Below are positions 61,612 to 64,000 of a stretch of 64,000 nucleotides of DNA, piece by piece (the first letter of the stretch is position 1; every line of letters starts with the position of its first letter). The position numbers and the translations under genes are program-made. Source of the stretch: Takakia lepidozioides. Lineage: Eukaryota > Plantae > Bryophyta. The notes beneath the pieces are model-generated. The model saw only the letters and a list, made by a program, of their open reading frames with translations, had not been told where the DNA came from and ran no database searches. The stretch lies in assembly GCA_030704615.1 (NCBI GenBank), contig CM060731.1, positions 11,780,001 through 11,844,000 on the forward strand, read 5' to 3'.

Positions 61612-63838
61612 CTACACCATGCCATCTCGACCCTCCAGAATCAACACTCCTGAAGGCAACACCTCCCTAATCGTTAGAATCACATGTCCTGCTGTAACAT
61701 CCAAGGTCGTAGGTGCTGTCTGCTGTAGATATACATAGTCCCCAGGGTGGAAACGCCGAACACCTGGCCGATATCCCCCTCCACGTATAGTAGCATACCT
61801 CAATGTGTCTCGGTGTTGGGCAATAGCAAGATTCTCAAAAACCATAGGCATGACTCTCTTGAACAACTCTGCCCGCTGGGCACATGCTTGTGTCCACACA
61901 TTCGGATCTTCAAGGTTGAGGACTACTGCAGCCTCCCTGCGAATAGATGCGGACAAATCTGGCTCTCGGCCAAAGAGAAAGAAATATGGTGAGAACGAGG
62001 TAAGTGATGCTTGCTTGCTAAACCTATAGCCCATGGCTAACCAAGGTACCTGAAGATCCCAATCTCCTAAATGTTCATTTTGTAAACCATACTTGCGCAA
62101 AACCCTCTTCACCGTCTACACCACTCTCTCTGCCAAGCCATCGGCCTCAAGATGATCCTGAGAAGTGGTACGGTGGTCTATCAAGGCTTTATCACTCAAA
62201 ACCTGAAACTCCCCCAAGAACTCTCTCCCTTGGTTCGTGAGTACATCAGCTGGAGCACCGAATCAACTAAGCACACGATCCAGGAATGCATACGCAGCCC
62301 CCTCACTAGCTTTGTCAGGCAATGGAACCAACTCAATCCACTTGGAGAAGTGCTCTACCATCACCAACATATATCTGTGGTGACGCACGTTAGTGGCAAC
62401 GGCTCTGCGAAGTCAAGACTCCACCTGTAGCCCAATCCCATGATGGGTAAATGATGTAACTGTGGTGTAGGGGCATTGAATGAAGCACGTACCCTGTTAC
62501 ACACCATGCACCTAGCCACAAACTGTTGCACCTCTGTGTGCATACCACGCCACCAATACTGCCCCTGCAGTAGACTATGAGTGCGTCGCACTCTTAAATG
62601 CCCCAACTCCTCATGGGCATGCCGTACTAACCGTGTACGCTGTGTTGGGTGAGGCACAATCCTCACCCGACCATCCTCCCACACTCGAAGTAGGTGTATC
62701 CCCTCCCACTTGAACCTCTTGACTCGTTGCAGGATCCGATCCCTCTCCTTGGCAGTCACACTAGCTGCCGTGTCTCCAGTGCAGAGGTAGTCCAACACAA
62801 CCGAATCCTCATGTGTATCTCTGGCACCACCTAACTTATCACTAGCCTCAGGGTCCTTAGACACTCCGCCTACAATCATCCCTGTTGTAGGTCCAACCTT
62901 ACCTCCTGATGCCAAGATACACAAAAAGGCAGATGCATACCATCCCGGCGCCATCTCCTCGTCCGTCTCACCATGCCACCGAGCTCCAGTGTCATCCTGC
63001 TGGCTCGTGCATGGATTGCGACTCAATCCATCCGCATCCCTATTGACCAAACCCGGTCGATGCACAACCTGAAAGTCATACTCTTGGAGTATAAGTGCCT
63101 ATCGTGCAAGCTTCCCCGTAAGCTTGTCTGACTCCATCAATCACTTGAGTGGCTGGTGATCCGTGACAAAAGTGAAGAGATTGCCGTATAGATAGTACCT
63201 GAAGTGTGCCACGACCCACACTGCAGCTAAGCACTCCCCCTCATATGAGCTATACTTAGACTCTGCAGCGTTGTTTGAGCGGCTAGCATAAGCCACTACG
63301 AATTCTCTTCCCTCATCATCCACCTGTGTGAGCACCGCTCCAAGCCCCAACACGCTCCAATCTATATGCAGCTGAAATGGATGCCCCCTGATAGGTCGTC
63401 TCAAGATAAGCGCCGAGGTCAACCTCGCCTTGAGCTCCTGAAAAGCTCTCTCTTGCTCATCTTCCCACTGTCACTCCTGGTCTACCTTGGTCAGCTAGGT
63501 TAGAGCCTTTGCAATAGCACTAAATCCCTTGACAAACCGTCTATAGTAGTTTGCCAACCCCATGAAAGCTCGAACTCGGCTCACATCCGTGGGGCGTGGA
63601 ATCTGTGCGATGGCCTCTACCTTAGTCTGCTGCATTCTAATCCTCCAGGATATATCATGTGGCCCAGATACTCAATCTGGTTGTGGAAGAACTTGCACTT
63701 CCTCGGATATAATTTCAATCCGTGCGCTCTCAAGCGCTCAAACTTAAGGTGTCTCTCGTGCTCCTCCACCGTAGCACTAAAGATGATGATGTCATCTATG
63801 TAGCACCGAGCAAAGTCCACCCCTACTAGAATCCTGTC
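61612..63838 (-). pseudogene. Second pol fragment (RT end, RNase H, integrase) of the DNMT-Gypsy family
   Basis: ORFs 63617-63844 (CYIDDII), 63141-63422, 62361-63065 and 61612-62112 match 51360-59820 without the nested insertions. Confidence 0.92.
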
Positions 63839-64000
63839 TGTCAAGTTAAATAAGCACAGTGTGAAAACAGCTAGAATAAAACTAGTTATTTGTATTTAAC
63901 ACTTGGATTTAGGTCAAGTGTTAAATCAGGTGTCAAGTTTAGTTTGACACCTGGTCCGTCTTATCTTCACGAGAGCGGCAGTCGCGCGGCTCATCTTTCT
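63839..64000. mobile_element. Start of another insertion (TG-starting, possibly an LTR), cut by the window end
   Basis: RT homology stops abruptly at TGTCAAGTT. The sequence is AT-rich with two short hairpins. Confidence 0.45.

Overview
Eukaryotic, intron-containing, transposon-saturated DNA, most likely from a seed-free land plant such as a fern (inferred from PLS-type PPR repeats joined to OSB-type 'PDF' motifs). No intact host gene is evident. The nested contents are: (i) a CACTA/En-Spm transposase split into two oppositely oriented halves (2.2-5.0 kb +, 12.1-13.0 kb -); (ii) a degenerate PDF-motif/PPR array interrupted by a full-length Ty3/gypsy element (18030-30648) that carries a probable solo LTR; (iii) a Ty3/gypsy element encoding a C5-cytosine methyltransferase upstream of RT and a PHD finger after integrase (about 33.5-60.7 kb), plus a second pol copy of this family; and (iv) three insertions of an unusual Mutator-like family into that element. 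The complete Mutator-like copy (34405-48877, TIRs plus TSD) has an intact GCM-like/MULE-DDE/SWIM transposase, a central array of palindromes and a large hairpin. It also has a divergently transcribed multi-exon gene with a ParB-like domain and a beta-class N4C/N6A DNA-methyltransferase fold. The same gene is conserved at the protein level in a highly diverged sister element (51931-57422), whose homologous intron holds a different palindrome. This ParB/amino-MTase Mutator system is the best candidate for an undescribed system. Matching 9-bp TSD halves 55 kb apart indicate an inversion of about 50 kb that broke a third copy. All domain calls come from motifs read by eye; no searches were run.
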